64,000 nucleotides of DNA from Accumulibacter sp. GTDB lineage: Bacteria > Pseudomonadota > Gammaproteobacteria > Burkholderiales > Rhodocyclaceae. Position numbers and translations under genes: made by a program. Location: positions 8,986-72,985 of the forward strand of contig NZ_JAPUVI010000041.1 in the NCBI RefSeq assembly GCF_029255285.1, written 5' to 3'. Shown here piece after piece: positions 7,073 through 16,680 of this stretch; the first letter of the stretch is position 1; every line of letters starts with the position of its first letter. The notes beneath the pieces were generated by a model, which did not search any database, was not told the DNA's origin, and saw only the letters and a list, made by a program, of their open reading frames with translations.

Positions 7073-10066
7073 CAAGGCGGCGATATCGTCACGACCGAAC
7101 TTGGCGTCAACGCTACGGTCTTCGGACAGAATCTGCGCCGCCAGTTCAGCCTTGCGCTCCTGCAACGCGAGGATTTTCTCCTCGATGCTGCCGGCAACGA
7201 TCAGCTTGTAGACGAAGACTGGCCTATCCTGGCCAAGGCGATGTGCACGATCCGTAGCCTGGTTTTCGGCCGCCGGGTTCCACCACGGATCGTAATGGAT
7301 CACGGTATCGGCAGCCGTCAGATTGAGGCCGACGCCACCGGTTTTCAGGCTGATCAGGAAGACCGGCACTTCACCCGACTGAAAGCGCTGGACCTGCGCT
7401 TCGCGATCCCGGGTATCGCCGGTCAGCAGCACATAGTCGATACCCGCCACCTTGAGTTCCTTTTCGATCAGCGCCAGCATGCTGGTGAACTGCGAAAACA
7501 GGAGGATGCGCCGACCCTCGTCGACCTGTTCTGGCAGCATCGTCATCAACAGATCGAGTTTGGCCCGCTCCTTGACTTTCTGCGCCGACCTGGCTTTCAA
7601 CAAACGCGGGTCGCAACACACTTGTCGCAACTTCAGAAGGGCGTCGAGAATGACGATCTGACTGCGGTTGAACCCCTTGCTGGCGATCTCTTCGCGCACT
7701 TTCTCGTCCATCGCCACGCGCACCGTCTCGTAGAGGTCGCGCTGGCTACCGGTGAGTTCGACTTTGCGCACGATGATCGTTTTCGGAGGCAACTCGCGCG
7801 CCACCTCCTCCTTCTTGCGGCGCAGGATGAACGGCCGCACGCGGCGGGCCAGGAGATCGCGGCGTTGCGCGTCACCCTGCTTTTCGATCGGTGCCCGCCA
7901 GTGCTTGGTGAAGCTCTGATTGCTGCCGAGAAAACCCGGCAGCAGGAAATCGAACTGACTCCAGAGCTCGCCGAGATGGTTTTCCAGTGGTGTGCCCGTC
8001 AGGCACAGACGATGCCGGGCGGAAATCTTGCGTACCACTTCGGCACCCTGGCTGCGTGCATTCTTGACTGTCTGCGCTTCGTCGAGAATCAGCAGGTGAT
8101 AGTTGTTCCGGGTCAACTCGGCAGCATCGCGCCAGAGCAGCGGGTAAGTCGTCAGCACAGCGTCGTGCCGCGGGATGTCGGCAAAGCGACTCTTGCGCTC
8201 CGGCCCGTGTAGCGAGAGGATCGAAAGGCCGGGGGCAAAGCGTGCCGCTTCGTTCTTCCAGTTGAAGATCAGCGAGGTCGGCAGGACGATCAAGGCCGGG
8301 CGATCAAGTCGGCCGGACTCTTTCTCCAACAGCAAATGCGCCAAGGTCTGCGCCGTCTTGCCCAGCCCCATGTCGTCGGCGAGAATCCCGGCCAGGTTCT
8401 GTTGGCGAAGGAACTGCAGCCAGGCCAGGCCTTCGGTCTGGTAGTGGCGCAGTTCGAGTCCAAGGCCGCGCGGCGGATCGATGTGGCTGATTCCCTGCGC
8501 CGCGGCGAGCTGATCGGCCAGCGCCAGGACGTCGCTTTGGCCCCGGAAGCGCCAGCGGCTGCTATCGTTGAACTCGGCCAGGCGCGGCGCGTCGAAGCGC
8601 GACAAGCGCAGGGAACTACCGCCGGAAAATCCGTCGAATAGATCGATCAGCGTTCCCGCCAGCGGCTTCAGGCGCCAAGCCGGGGCACGTATACGTTGAC
8701 CGGCTGGGGTGACCAGTTCGATCAGCTCAGCGTCCTCGATCTGCGCCAGCAAAGCGGCGTCCAGCCATCGCCCATCGCGTCGGAACAGCGCCGCGAGCAG
8801 CGGCGCCAAAGGCAAACGCTCGCCCTCGACGATGACGCCCATGTCCAGCTCGAACCAGCCATTCTCGCCGGCGACGAGATCCGCATCCCAAGCCTCGACC
8901 TCGAGAAAACGGTGACGAAAGTCGGCGGCGAACTCAACGCGCCAGCCCGCCGTGCGCAGGCGAGCCAGCTCGTCGCGCATCAAGACAGGCCAGCCGCCTT
9001 CGCAGGCCAGTCCGTAGGCATTGTCCGGCGGCTTGCCGAAAGTCTGCAGTACGTAACCGGGAATTTTCTCGAAACCTGCCGCCGCCAGTTCATCCATCAA
9101 TTGCTCTTCGCGCCGGCTCTGGCGGACAACCCGGACCATCTCGCCATTCTCTACGATCGCGTAGTCACGAACGTCGTCGGCCGTTAGCTCGACCTCGCCA
9201 TAATGGAAAACCGGCCGCGCGACGTCGAAAGGACCACCGCCATAGCTCGTCAAATAGTCACGCCAGCTACGATTACCATGTGTATTCAGTGTCTCGAACT
9301 GAAGTACCGGCTGGAGATCGGCCGCAATGCACCGCGTGCTGGCACCGCCATCGTCCGGCTCGTTGGGCAGTTCTCGGCTGCTCTCTGCGAGTGCTTCACC
9401 AACCAGGGCAGCGGCGGTGGCCGACAAGGGAGGCAAGGAGAACAGGCGAGCAACCACGGCCGGATTGCCGCGTACCCGCAAAAGTCCGATCTGCCGCTTG
9501 TCGAGATCGAGGTACCATGGCGCACGCAGGGGAATGATCAGCCTGGCCGGAGGCTCCGGCCGGAGCAACGGGACTCGCCGCCCGTCGGGATTGATCTGCC
9601 AACCGAGCGTCGCCGGTCGCGATGCCGACAAGGTCAAGGGCGAGAAGTCGTCCTTGCGACACAGCCGGCCGGTCTGCGCCATCAGCTCGAGCACTTCGCC
9701 GCCGTGCCGAGGCCCAAGCCCGAAGGCACGCAGCCCGGTAGCGAACGAACGTTCGGCCCATAGCAGACGCAGGATCGGCCGATCTTCCTCAGCGACAAAA
9801 CGGGGCGGCTTGCTCAGCAGACGATCAATGCTCCACAGCGCTTCTGCACCTTCCGGATCGCGCCCCTTGTGCACGCTGACGCCAAAGCCGCGGGCATCGG
9901 TCGTCCAGTGCAGCAGATAGTAGAGCTGTTGACGGCCAGTCGCGGAATGGCGATCTTTCTTACTAACCGCCACGGCCACACGGCGCAGTTCCTCAGTCCA
10001 TGACAGGACGCCGAGTTCGCCGTGCTCAGCCGCCGGCAGCGCTTTGACAGGCTTATCCAGCGTCAT
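7052..10066 (-). CDS. SNF2/Swi2 family DEAD/DEAH-box helicase (1004 aa) with a long uncharacterised N-terminal half
   Basis: LRHYQTEGLAWL, ILADDMGLGKT (motif I), LILDEAQTVKN (motif II), and helicase-C motifs LLFSQFTSML and GGVGLNLTAADTVIHYDPWWNPA..QATDRAHRLGQ. Confidence 0.9.
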   Translation of the reverse strand: MTLDKPVKALPAAEHGELGVLSWTEELRRVAVAVSKKDRHSATGRQQLYYLLHWTTDARGFGVSVHKGRDPEGAEALWSIDRLLSKPPRFVAEEDRPILRLLWAERSFATGLRAFGLGPRHGGEVLELMAQTGRLCRKDDFSPLTLSASRPATLGWQINPDGRRVPLLRPEPPARLIIPLRAPWYLDLDKRQIGLLRVRGNPAVVARLFSLPPLSATAAALVGEALAESSRELPNEPDDGGASTRCIAADLQPVLQFETLNTHGNRSWRDYLTSYGGGPFDVARPVFHYGEVELTADDVRDYAIVENGEMVRVVRQSRREEQLMDELAAAGFEKIPGYVLQTFGKPPDNAYGLACEGGWPVLMRDELARLRTAGWRVEFAADFRHRFLEVEAWDADLVAGENGWFELDMGVIVEGERLPLAPLLAALFRRDGRWLDAALLAQIEDAELIELVTPAGQRIRAPAWRLKPLAGTLIDLFDGFSGGSSLRLSRFDAPRLAEFNDSSRWRFRGQSDVLALADQLAAAQGISHIDPPRGLGLELRHYQTEGLAWLQFLRQQNLAGILADDMGLGKTAQTLAHLLLEKESGRLDRPALIVLPTSLIFNWKNEAARFAPGLSILSLHGPERKSRFADIPRHDAVLTTYPLLWRDAAELTRNNYHLLILDEAQTVKNARSQGAEVVRKISARHRLCLTGTPLENHLGELWSQFDFLLPGFLGSNQSFTKHWRAPIEKQGDAQRRDLLARRVRPFILRRKKEEVARELPPKTIIVRKVELTGSQRDLYETVRVAMDEKVREEIASKGFNRSQIVILDALLKLRQVCCDPRLLKARSAQKVKERAKLDLLMTMLPEQVDEGRRILLFSQFTSMLALIEKELKVAGIDYVLLTGDTRDREAQVQRFQSGEVPVFLISLKTGGVGLNLTAADTVIHYDPWWNPAAENQATDRAHRLGQDRPVFVYKLIVAGSIEEKILALQERKAELAAQILSEDRSVDAKFGRDDIAALFAPLPD

Positions 10067-10284
10067 ACTCTCGCCAGGCGATCTCGCCTGCCGGCAGTCA
10101 ACGGCGAGGAGGCGGCAGACGTCCTCGAGGTCCGACTAGACGAGGGAACGGTCATTGGTTGCCCACTTTGTCGGGACGCGACACATGACGCTCCAGGTAA
10201 GCACCAGCCACGTACCGTAGCACACCCTGGCACGCCGCAACAAGATGACGCTTGGCCAGCGCCACTCGCCGCAGGTCGCCGCCA

Positions 10285-10779
10285 TCAGTCGCGAAAGTTG
10301 CCGTACTTGATCGGAAAATCACTGATTTCCCGGGTGATCAAGGCGATGCAGGATTGCAGATCGTCACGCTTGGCGCCGCTGACGCGCACGGCGTCGCCCT
10401 GGATCGATGCCTGGACCTTGAGTTTCGAATCCTTGATCAGCTTGACGATCTTTTTTGCCAGTTCCGACTCGATCCCGAGGCGGATCTTCAGATCCTGCTT
10501 CACCTTGTTACCGGAAACGCGTTGCACGGGCTGACTGTCGAGGCGTTTGGTGCTTTCCTTCTCCTTCTTTTCCATCGCCGGGAAGAGCAGATCCTTGATC
10601 TGCTCGAGTTGGAAATCGGAATCGCCGTACAAGGTGATCAGCTTGTCCTTTTCGTTCAACTCGACCTTGGCACTGGTCGCCTTGAAGTCGTAACGATTGT
10701 CGATCGCCCGCCGGGTCACGTCGACCGCATTGTTCAACGCGGCCATATCGGCTTCTGAGGAAAAATCGAATGACGGCAT
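10285..10779 (-). CDS. yajQ: YajQ-family nucleotide/cyclic-di-GMP-binding protein (UPF0234)
   Basis: Internal ATG at 10777-10779 of the over-long ORF 10285..11409. The 164-aa product MPSFDFSSEADMAALNNAVDVTRRAIDNRYDFK... is typical of YajQ. Confidence 0.85.
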   Translation of the reverse strand: MPSFDFSSEADMAALNNAVDVTRRAIDNRYDFKATSAKVELNEKDKLITLYGDSDFQLEQIKDLLFPAMEKKEKESTKRLDSQPVQRVSGNKVKQDLKIRLGIESELAKKIVKLIKDSKLKVQASIQGDAVRVSGAKRDDLQSCIALITREISDFPIKYGNFRD

Positions 10780-10781
10780 GG

Positions 10782-10991
10782 TTACATTCTCCAAAATTTC
10801 TCGAGGACCGTCTTGGTGATGAAGCCGATCATGCCGAAGGCGAGTACGAAGAACAAGACGATCGTGCCGGTCTTGCCGGCCTTCGCTTTCCAGGCAATTT
10901 CCCCGATGATGAACAGCATGAAGAGCATGAAAGCGGCAATCCCGAAGGTCATGCCGAAGTCCGAAATCTGCTCTTCCGTCAACCCGAACAT
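10782..10991 (-). CDS. Small two-TM membrane protein (DUF2788-like)
   Basis: ATG with GGGAGGA RBS and two hydrophobic helices. It sits tightly between argG and yajQ, with a 2-nt gap to the yajQ start. Confidence 0.65.
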   Translation of the reverse strand: MFGLTEEQISDFGMTFGIAAFMLFMLFIIGEIAWKAKAGKTGTIVLFFVLAFGMIGFITKTVLEKFWRM

Positions 10992-11009
10992 CGACGGATC
11001 CTCCCGCGC

Positions 11010-12239
11010 TCAGCTCCTGCGCCGCGCCAGATTGGCTGCGATACGTAGACGTAGCGCGTTCAGCTTGATGAAGCCGCCAGCGTCCTTCTGGTCGTAGGCG
11101 CCGGCATCGTCCTCGAATGTCGCGATGGTCGAATCGAACAGCGAGTCGCTCTTCGAATCGCGGCCGACGACGATGACATTGCCCTTGTAGAGTTTGACCC
11201 GCACCCAGCCATTCACCACGCACTGCGTGTGGTCGATCAGCGTCTGCAAAGCGAGGCGCTCCGGACTCCACCAGTAGCCGTTGTAGATCAGGCTGGCGTA
11301 GCGCGGCATCAGGTCGTCCTTCAGGTGGGCAACTTCGCGATCGAGCGTGATCGACTCGATCGCCCGGTGGGCCGGCAGCAAGATCGTGCCACCCGGCGTC
11401 TCGTAACAACCGCGCGACTTCATGCCGACGTAACGGTTCTCGACCAGGTCGATTCGACCGACGCCGTGCTTGCCACCCAGGCGGTTCAACAACGCCAGCA
11501 ACTCGGCAGCCGGCTGGCGCGTACCGTTGATCGCCACCAAGTCACCTTTCTCGAATTCGAGGTCGACATATTCGGCCGCCTCGGGCGCCGCCTCGGGCGC
11601 TACCGTCCAGCGCCACATCGACTCTTCGGCCTCGGCCGCCGGGTCTTCGAGGTGGCGTCCTTCGTAGCTGATGTGCAGGAGGTTGGCGTCCATCGAGTAC
11701 GGCGACCCCCCTTGGCGATGCTTCATCTCGACCGGAATGCCGTGGCGCTCCGCGTAGGCCAGGAGTTTCTCGCGCGACGACAGATCCCATTCGCGCCAAG
11801 GCGCGATGATCCGGATGTCCGGGCACAGTGCGTAGGCGCCAAGCTCGAAGCGCACTTGGTCGTTGCCCTTGCCCGTCGCCCCGTGGGCGATCGCCTCGGC
11901 ACCAGTCAGCCGGGCGATCTCGACCAGGCGCTTGGCAATCAGCGGCCGAGCGATCGACGTGCCCAGCAGGTACTCGCCCTCGTATACGGTATTGGCGCGG
12001 AACATCGGAAAGACGAAGTCGCGAACGAACTCCTCGCGCAGGTCTTCGATGTAGATGTTCTCCGGCACGATGCCGAAGCGAAGCGCCTTGGGACGCGCCG
12101 CCTCGAGTTCGTCGCCCTGACCGAGGTCGGCGGTGAAAGTTACTACTTCACAGTGATAGGTATCCTGCAGCCACTTCAGAATCACCGAAGTGTCGAGGCC
12201 GCCCGAGTAGGCGAGTACGGCTTTCTTGATGTCGCTCAT
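11010..12239 (-). CDS. argG: Argininosuccinate synthase
   Basis: [12 protein letters not shown]-binding motif and full-length similarity to type I ArgG. Confidence 0.95.
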   Translation of the reverse strand: MSDIKKAVLAYSGGLDTSVILKWLQDTYHCEVVTFTADLGQGDELEAARPKALRFGIVPENIYIEDLREEFVRDFVFPMFRANTVYEGEYLLGTSIARPLIAKRLVEIARLTGAEAIAHGATGKGNDQVRFELGAYALCPDIRIIAPWREWDLSSREKLLAYAERHGIPVEMKHRQGGSPYSMDANLLHISYEGRHLEDPAAEAEESMWRWTVAPEAAPEAAEYVDLEFEKGDLVAINGTRQPAAELLALLNRLGGKHGVGRIDLVENRYVGMKSRGCYETPGGTILLPAHRAIESITLDREVAHLKDDLMPRYASLIYNGYWWSPERLALQTLIDHTQCVVNGWVRVKLYKGNVIVVGRDSKSDSLFDSTIATFEDDAGAYDQKDAGGFIKLNALRLRIAANLARRRS

Positions 12240-12292
12240 TTGGATTCCTTGCGCCGGTCCGCTCGGCCGCGGACCGCGGAGTTGGAGTAAGG

Positions 12293-13219
12293 TCAGGCAG
12301 TGTCGACCCTGCCGAGCAAGAGATACTCGAGCAGCGCTTTCTGCGTATGCATACGGTTTTCGGCTTCGTCCCAGACGACGCTTTGCGGACCGTCGATGAC
12401 GGCGGCGGCGACTTCCTCGCCGCGATGCACCGGAAGACAGTGCATGAACAGCGCCTGCGGACGTGCGGCTCGCATCATCTCGACGTCAACCTGCCAGTCG
12501 GCGAAGTCGCGCCGGCGTTCGTCGTTCTCGGCCTCGAAACCCATCGACGTCCACACGTCAGTGGTCACCAGGTCGGCGGCGCGCGCGGCGTCCATCGGAT
12601 CGGCAAACTGCTCGAAGTGGCCGGTGCCGTGCAGCCCAGCGCGCGCTGCTTCGACTTCGTAACCTGGCGGGGTCGATACACGTACCCGGAAATCGAGTAC
12701 CTCGGCGGCTTGCAGCCAGGTATTGCAGACGTTGTTCGAATCACCGATCCAGGCCACCGTCTTGCCCTGTATCGGTCCGCGATGCTCCATAAAGGTGAAG
12801 ATGTCGGCCAGTATCTGGCACGGGTGATACTCGTTGGTCAAGCCATTGATCACCGGCACGCGCGAATGGGCAGCGAAACGCTCGATCATCGCCTGCTCGA
12901 AGGTCCGGATCATCACGACGTCGCTCATACGCGAAATTACCTGGGCGGCGTCCTCGATCGATTCGCCGCGCTGCAGTTGCGAATCGCGACTATTGAGGTA
13001 GATCGCCGAACCGCCAAGCTGCTGCATGCCGGCTTCGAAAGACAGGCGCGTGCGCGTGCTCGCCTTCTCGAAAATCATCACCAGCGTACGGTCGCAAAGT
13101 GGCCAGTACTTGCGGTAAGCCTTGAATTCGGCTTTGATCCAGCGCGCCCGCTCGAATAGGTGTTCGTACTCGGCACGCGTGCAGTCCCTGAATTGAAGAA
13201 AATGTTTTACGCTGTCCAT
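12293..13219 (-). CDS. argF: Ornithine carbamoyltransferase
   Basis: STRTRLSFE carbamoyl-phosphate motif, an HPCQ motif, and HCLP near the C-terminus. Confidence 0.92.
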   Translation of the reverse strand: MDSVKHFLQFRDCTRAEYEHLFERARWIKAEFKAYRKYWPLCDRTLVMIFEKASTRTRLSFEAGMQQLGGSAIYLNSRDSQLQRGESIEDAAQVISRMSDVVMIRTFEQAMIERFAAHSRVPVINGLTNEYHPCQILADIFTFMEHRGPIQGKTVAWIGDSNNVCNTWLQAAEVLDFRVRVSTPPGYEVEAARAGLHGTGHFEQFADPMDAARAADLVTTDVWTSMGFEAENDERRRDFADWQVDVEMMRAARPQALFMHCLPVHRGEEVAAAVIDGPQSVVWDEAENRMHTQKALLEYLLLGRVDTA

Positions 13220-13228
13220 CGTGTGTCC

Positions 13229-14404
13229 CTACCGGGCGGCGAGAAAATCGCCGATCAGCCTCGCCAGGCGTGCCACCAGTTCACGCGCCTCGTCGGCACT
13301 AAAGGTCAGCGGCGGCAGCAAGCGAACGACTTTGTCGGCCGTGACATTGATCAGTAGACCGATGGCCAGGGCGCGCGTCACCAGTTCGCCGCACGGGCGG
13401 TCGAGCTCGATGCCGATCATCAGACCCTGGCCGCGAATGTCGACGACACCTTTGCTGCCGGCCAGCGCCAGCGCCAAACCGTCGCGGATCAGCTGACCGA
13501 CGGCAAGCGCGTTGTCGATCAGACGATCCTTTTCGATCACGCCCAGGGTGGTCAACGCCGCGGTCGCCGCCAGTTGGTTGCCGCCAAATGTCGAGCCGTG
13601 GTTGCCCGGCTGGAACAAGCCCGCCGCCTTGCCTGCGGCCAGACAGGCGCCGATCGGCACGCCGCCGCCCAAGCCCTTGGCCAGCGTGACCACGTCGGGA
13701 CGGATACCGGAATGCTGAAAAGCGAACCAGCGGCCGGTGCGGCCGGTGCCGCACTGCACCTCGTCGCAGATCAGCAACCAGTCATGATCGTCGCACAGGG
13801 CGCGCAAACCACGCTGGAAACCGATGTCGGCGATGTTGACGCCACCCTCGCCCTGGACGATCTCGAGCATTACCGCGACGATATTCTTGTTGCTGTTGGC
13901 GATCGCCTTTATCGCCTCGATGTCGTTGTAGCGAACACGCACGAAGCCCGAGACGAGCGGCTCGAAACCCGCCTGCGCCTTGCGGTTGCCGGTCGCCGAC
14001 AGCGTCGCCATGGTGCGACCGTGGAAAGCCTTCTCCATAACGATGATTGCTGGGCTATCGATGCCCAGCCGGTGGCCGTAAAGCCGCGCCAGCTTGATGG
14101 CCGCTTCGTTGGCCTCGCAACCCGAGTTGCAGAAGAAGACTTCGTCCATACTGGCCAAGGCGGCCAGCTTGTCGGCCAGTTCTTCCTGTTGCGTGACTCG
14201 GTAAAGGTTGGACGAGTGCAGGATTCGTCCGGCTTGCGCAGCGATCGCCGCGACCAGCGTGGGGTGATTGTGGCCGAGCGTATTGACGGCGATTCCCGAC
14301 AGCGCGTCGAGATAGCATTTCCCATCGGTATCGGTCAGCCAGCTGCCCTCGCCATAGCTGAAGGCGATCGGCAGACGGGCATAGGTATTCATCAGGTGTG
14401 ACAT
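13229..14404 (-). CDS. argD: Acetylornithine (or succinylornithine/succinyl-DAP) aminotransferase
   Basis: Start moved to the ATG at 14402-14404 (MSHLMNTYARLPIAF...). Class III aminotransferase; the LICDEVQCGTGRTG and TLAKGLGGG motifs contain the PLP-lysine region. Confidence 0.9.
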   Translation of the reverse strand: MSHLMNTYARLPIAFSYGEGSWLTDTDGKCYLDALSGIAVNTLGHNHPTLVAAIAAQAGRILHSSNLYRVTQQEELADKLAALASMDEVFFCNSGCEANEAAIKLARLYGHRLGIDSPAIIVMEKAFHGRTMATLSATGNRKAQAGFEPLVSGFVRVRYNDIEAIKAIANSNKNIVAVMLEIVQGEGGVNIADIGFQRGLRALCDDHDWLLICDEVQCGTGRTGRWFAFQHSGIRPDVVTLAKGLGGGVPIGACLAAGKAAGLFQPGNHGSTFGGNQLAATAALTTLGVIEKDRLIDNALAVGQLIRDGLALALAGSKGVVDIRGQGLMIGIELDRPCGELVTRALAIGLLINVTADKVVRLLPPLTFSADEARELVARLARLIGDFLAAR

Positions 14405-14539
14405 GGACCACCTATTGCGGAGGCTTTGAAACTGAAACGGCGGCTTGCGCCGCCGGATAACGAGACACGCTCTCAGACCACAGATCATTCTCGCCAAGCA
14501 AAGCCATCAGCGCTTTGTATGGCGGAAGACAAGGTGAAG

Positions 14540-14568
14540 ATTCTACGGGAAAAAAAAAACGATGTATA
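14540..14568 (-). promoter_or_regulatory. Candidate argD promoter TATACA-N17-TAGAAT
   Basis: On the minus strand the -35 TATACA is at 14563-14568 and the -10 TAGAAT at 14540-14545. The spacer is mostly a T10 run. Confidence 0.35.
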
Positions 14569-14795
14569 GGAAAGGCAGGACACCGCCCAGGGCAAACTCG
14601 CCCGATCCACGGCGCGCGGCAGCGCTTCGCCAGCAAGCAGTTAACGCGCTCCCACGACATGACCTCCGCACGTCTCGTGAACTCGCCACGCCAGGACGAA
14701 CCCGGCTCGTCGAGCCGACCCTGACGGTCCGGCCATTCGCCGGTTTGACGTCCGGCGGTGCAGGCGCGGCGCTAGCCGCCAAAGGAAGCTGACGC

Positions 14796-15020
14796 TCAGG
14801 TAAAGCGACAGGCTCCCGGACCATCAGGATGGCCGCAGCTTCCGCAGGGACCGGGATCGCCGTCACGGGCCAGCGAACCGGACACGGCGGCAAAGGCCGA
14901 CAGCTTCTTGCGCAGATCGACGCTGTGGCAATCCGGGCACTCGGGCGTCGGCGAAGATTGGCGTACGAGCTTTTCGAATTCCCTGCCGCAGGCGGCGCAT
15001 GCGTACTCATAAATGGGCAT
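14796..15020 (-). CDS. FmdB-family zinc-ribbon putative regulatory protein
   Basis: MPIYEYACAACGREFE...CPDCHS is the CxxC...CxxC zinc-ribbon signature of the FmdB family. Confidence 0.8.
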   Translation of the reverse strand: MPIYEYACAACGREFEKLVRQSSPTPECPDCHSVDLRKKLSAFAAVSGSLARDGDPGPCGSCGHPDGPGACRFT

Positions 15021-15120
15021 GATGTCGACCCTCCCTGTACTCTCTGTCTTCGGCCTTCTTCACAAGACTCCCTGGCGGTCCAAGCCGCTTGCCCACCATA
15101 ACGCGCCGCGGCCGTCCATC

Positions 15121-15360
15121 TCAGTAACCGCGCTTCTCCTGCTGCTGCTTGCCCTTGATATTGCCAACGGTTCCACCGACGACTCCGCCGATCGCTGCGC
15201 CAGTCCACCCACTGCCGCCCGAGATGGCGGCAATGCCGGCTCCCGCCGCGGCGCCGATCGCCGCCCCGCTGACGGTTCCCTGCTGCTGCGACGTCATATT
15301 GGTACACCCGATGGCCACCAAGGCGACGGCAAGGGATATTGCCAATCCAGTCTTTTTCAT
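15121..15360 (-). CDS. Glycine-zipper small lipoprotein (OsmB / 17-kDa antigen-like)
   Basis: Lipobox LVAIGC followed by GxxxG-rich glycine-zipper sequence. Confidence 0.75.
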   Translation of the reverse strand: MKKTGLAISLAVALVAIGCTNMTSQQQGTVSGAAIGAAAGAGIAAISGGSGWTGAAIGGVVGGTVGNIKGKQQQEKRGY

Positions 15361-15372
15361 CTCTCGTCTCCC

Positions 15373-15765
15373 TTACTTGCTCTGGCGAAGTGCTGGCACG
15401 ACCATCTCAAACCAGATCGTTTCCACCACGGGCCTCTGCAATTGTTCCGGGTGATCGGCATACCATTTATCCAGCGCCTCGAGTACGCTGGCCAGCGTCT
15501 GACCCTTCATTCCTCTGGCAACGCGCGGCGAGAAGCCGCTTTCGTTGAGCGCCGGATTGTCGGCGTAGTACGTCGCCTCGACCTGAACGAGATTGGCCAG
15601 ACCAATCAGGTAGGCCTTCTTGACTTCGTCGCTGGACCGGGTCCAGTGCGTACCGTCAACCAGAGGAACTTCGGCCGCACCAACTCCTCCACAGGTCAGC
15701 AACAACACCATAAAGGCGGCCGGCACGGCATGCCTCAGGGTACGAAAACTCGCTACGGTGATCAT
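15373..15765 (-). CDS. Hypothetical secreted protein (130 aa)
   Basis: Start moved from the TTG at 15780 to the ATG at 15763-15765. Signal peptide ...VLLLTCGGVGAAEV. No family recognised. Confidence 0.6.
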   Translation of the reverse strand: MITVASFRTLRHAVPAAFMVLLLTCGGVGAAEVPLVDGTHWTRSSDEVKKAYLIGLANLVQVEATYYADNPALNESGFSPRVARGMKGQTLASVLEALDKWYADHPEQLQRPVVETIWFEMVVPALRQSK

Positions 15766-15837
15766 CTTCTCCGACTCCAAAACGGGAAATCGGAGACTAT
15801 CACGTCACTATCGAGGATTGAAGTCAACCGAATCTCC

Positions 15838-16680
15838 CTACAAATCAAGCCAACGGTGGAAGGACGCGAAACGCGGCCGCCCCCGCGCCGTCAGATCGCG
15901 ATAGCGAAAAACAAGCTGGGAGCCGAGCGGCGGCGGATTGCGACGCACCGCATCACTCAGTCCAGTGCCCAGCATGAACTCGACACCGTCGGTTGTACGC
16001 ACACGCAGCGCACCGAGCATGCCGAGGTACCTGCCCTGCCCGGGCTGATAACCGACTACCGTCGCTTCCGCGTCACGCCAGCGCTTGACTTTGAGCAAGA
16101 CATCGCTGCGCCCGGTGACGTAAGCCGCATCGGCGCGGTGCAGCATCAGCCCCTCGCCGCCAGAATGCAGGACTTCGTCCAGTTTTCGTTCGAGCGCTTG
16201 CCGGCTGGCGATTTCGAATTGCTCGACGACCTGCAGCCAGGGCACGCCGCTACGGTTCACGAGTTCCTGCAAGGACTGCACTCGCTGGCGAAAACTGCCT
16301 GGCGCCTGGGGCAACTCGAAAACCATATAACGAACGTCGCGCCACGCCGCGTCGTCGACCGTCTGCCGGCGAACCAGTCCCGACAGCCGTTCGAATTCAC
16401 GGCGCCCGATCCACAGTTCGCCGTCCAGTGCTTGCTTCGGGAAATTCGCGATAAACCAGTCGGGAGCCGGAATCGGATGAGCATTACGGGTGAGCAGGCG
16501 CTGCCCATCCCAAAACGCTCGCACCCCGTCGAGTTTTTCGCTGACCAGGTACCGTTTGACGTCCGACTGGCCCTCCTCGGTTGCGGCCAACAGCAAGGTC
16601 AAGGGCTCACCAAGGACCGGCCAGCCGATACCGGCTAAAGCAAGCAGCGTCAACGCGTTTGTCGCCGTATTCCAGCGCAT
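15838..16680 (-). CDS. Minimal ATP-dependent DNA ligase with an N-terminal signal peptide (Lig E type)
   Basis: Start at the ATG 16678-16680 with AGGAGG RBS. Signal-like MRWNTATNALTLLALAGIGWPVLG. Adenylation motif I SEKLDGVR, plus LMLHRADAAY and the LLKVKRW motif V. Confidence 0.85.
   Translation of the reverse strand: MRWNTATNALTLLALAGIGWPVLGEPLTLLLAATEEGQSDVKRYLVSEKLDGVRAFWDGQRLLTRNAHPIPAPDWFIANFPKQALDGELWIGRREFERLSGLVRRQTVDDAAWRDVRYMVFELPQAPGSFRQRVQSLQELVNRSGVPWLQVVEQFEIASRQALERKLDEVLHSGGEGLMLHRADAAYVTGRSDVLLKVKRWRDAEATVVGYQPGQGRYLGMLGALRVRTTDGVEFMLGTGLSDAVRRNPPPLGSQLVFRYRDLTARGRPRFASFHRWLDL

Noticed and set aside
10780-11409. The upstream 210 codons of ORF 10285..11409(-), which would extend YajQ to 374 aa.
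   Set aside because: The extension overlaps argG and the DUF2788 gene and reads as Arg-rich nonsense. The YajQ homology starts exactly at the internal ATG at 10777-10779.
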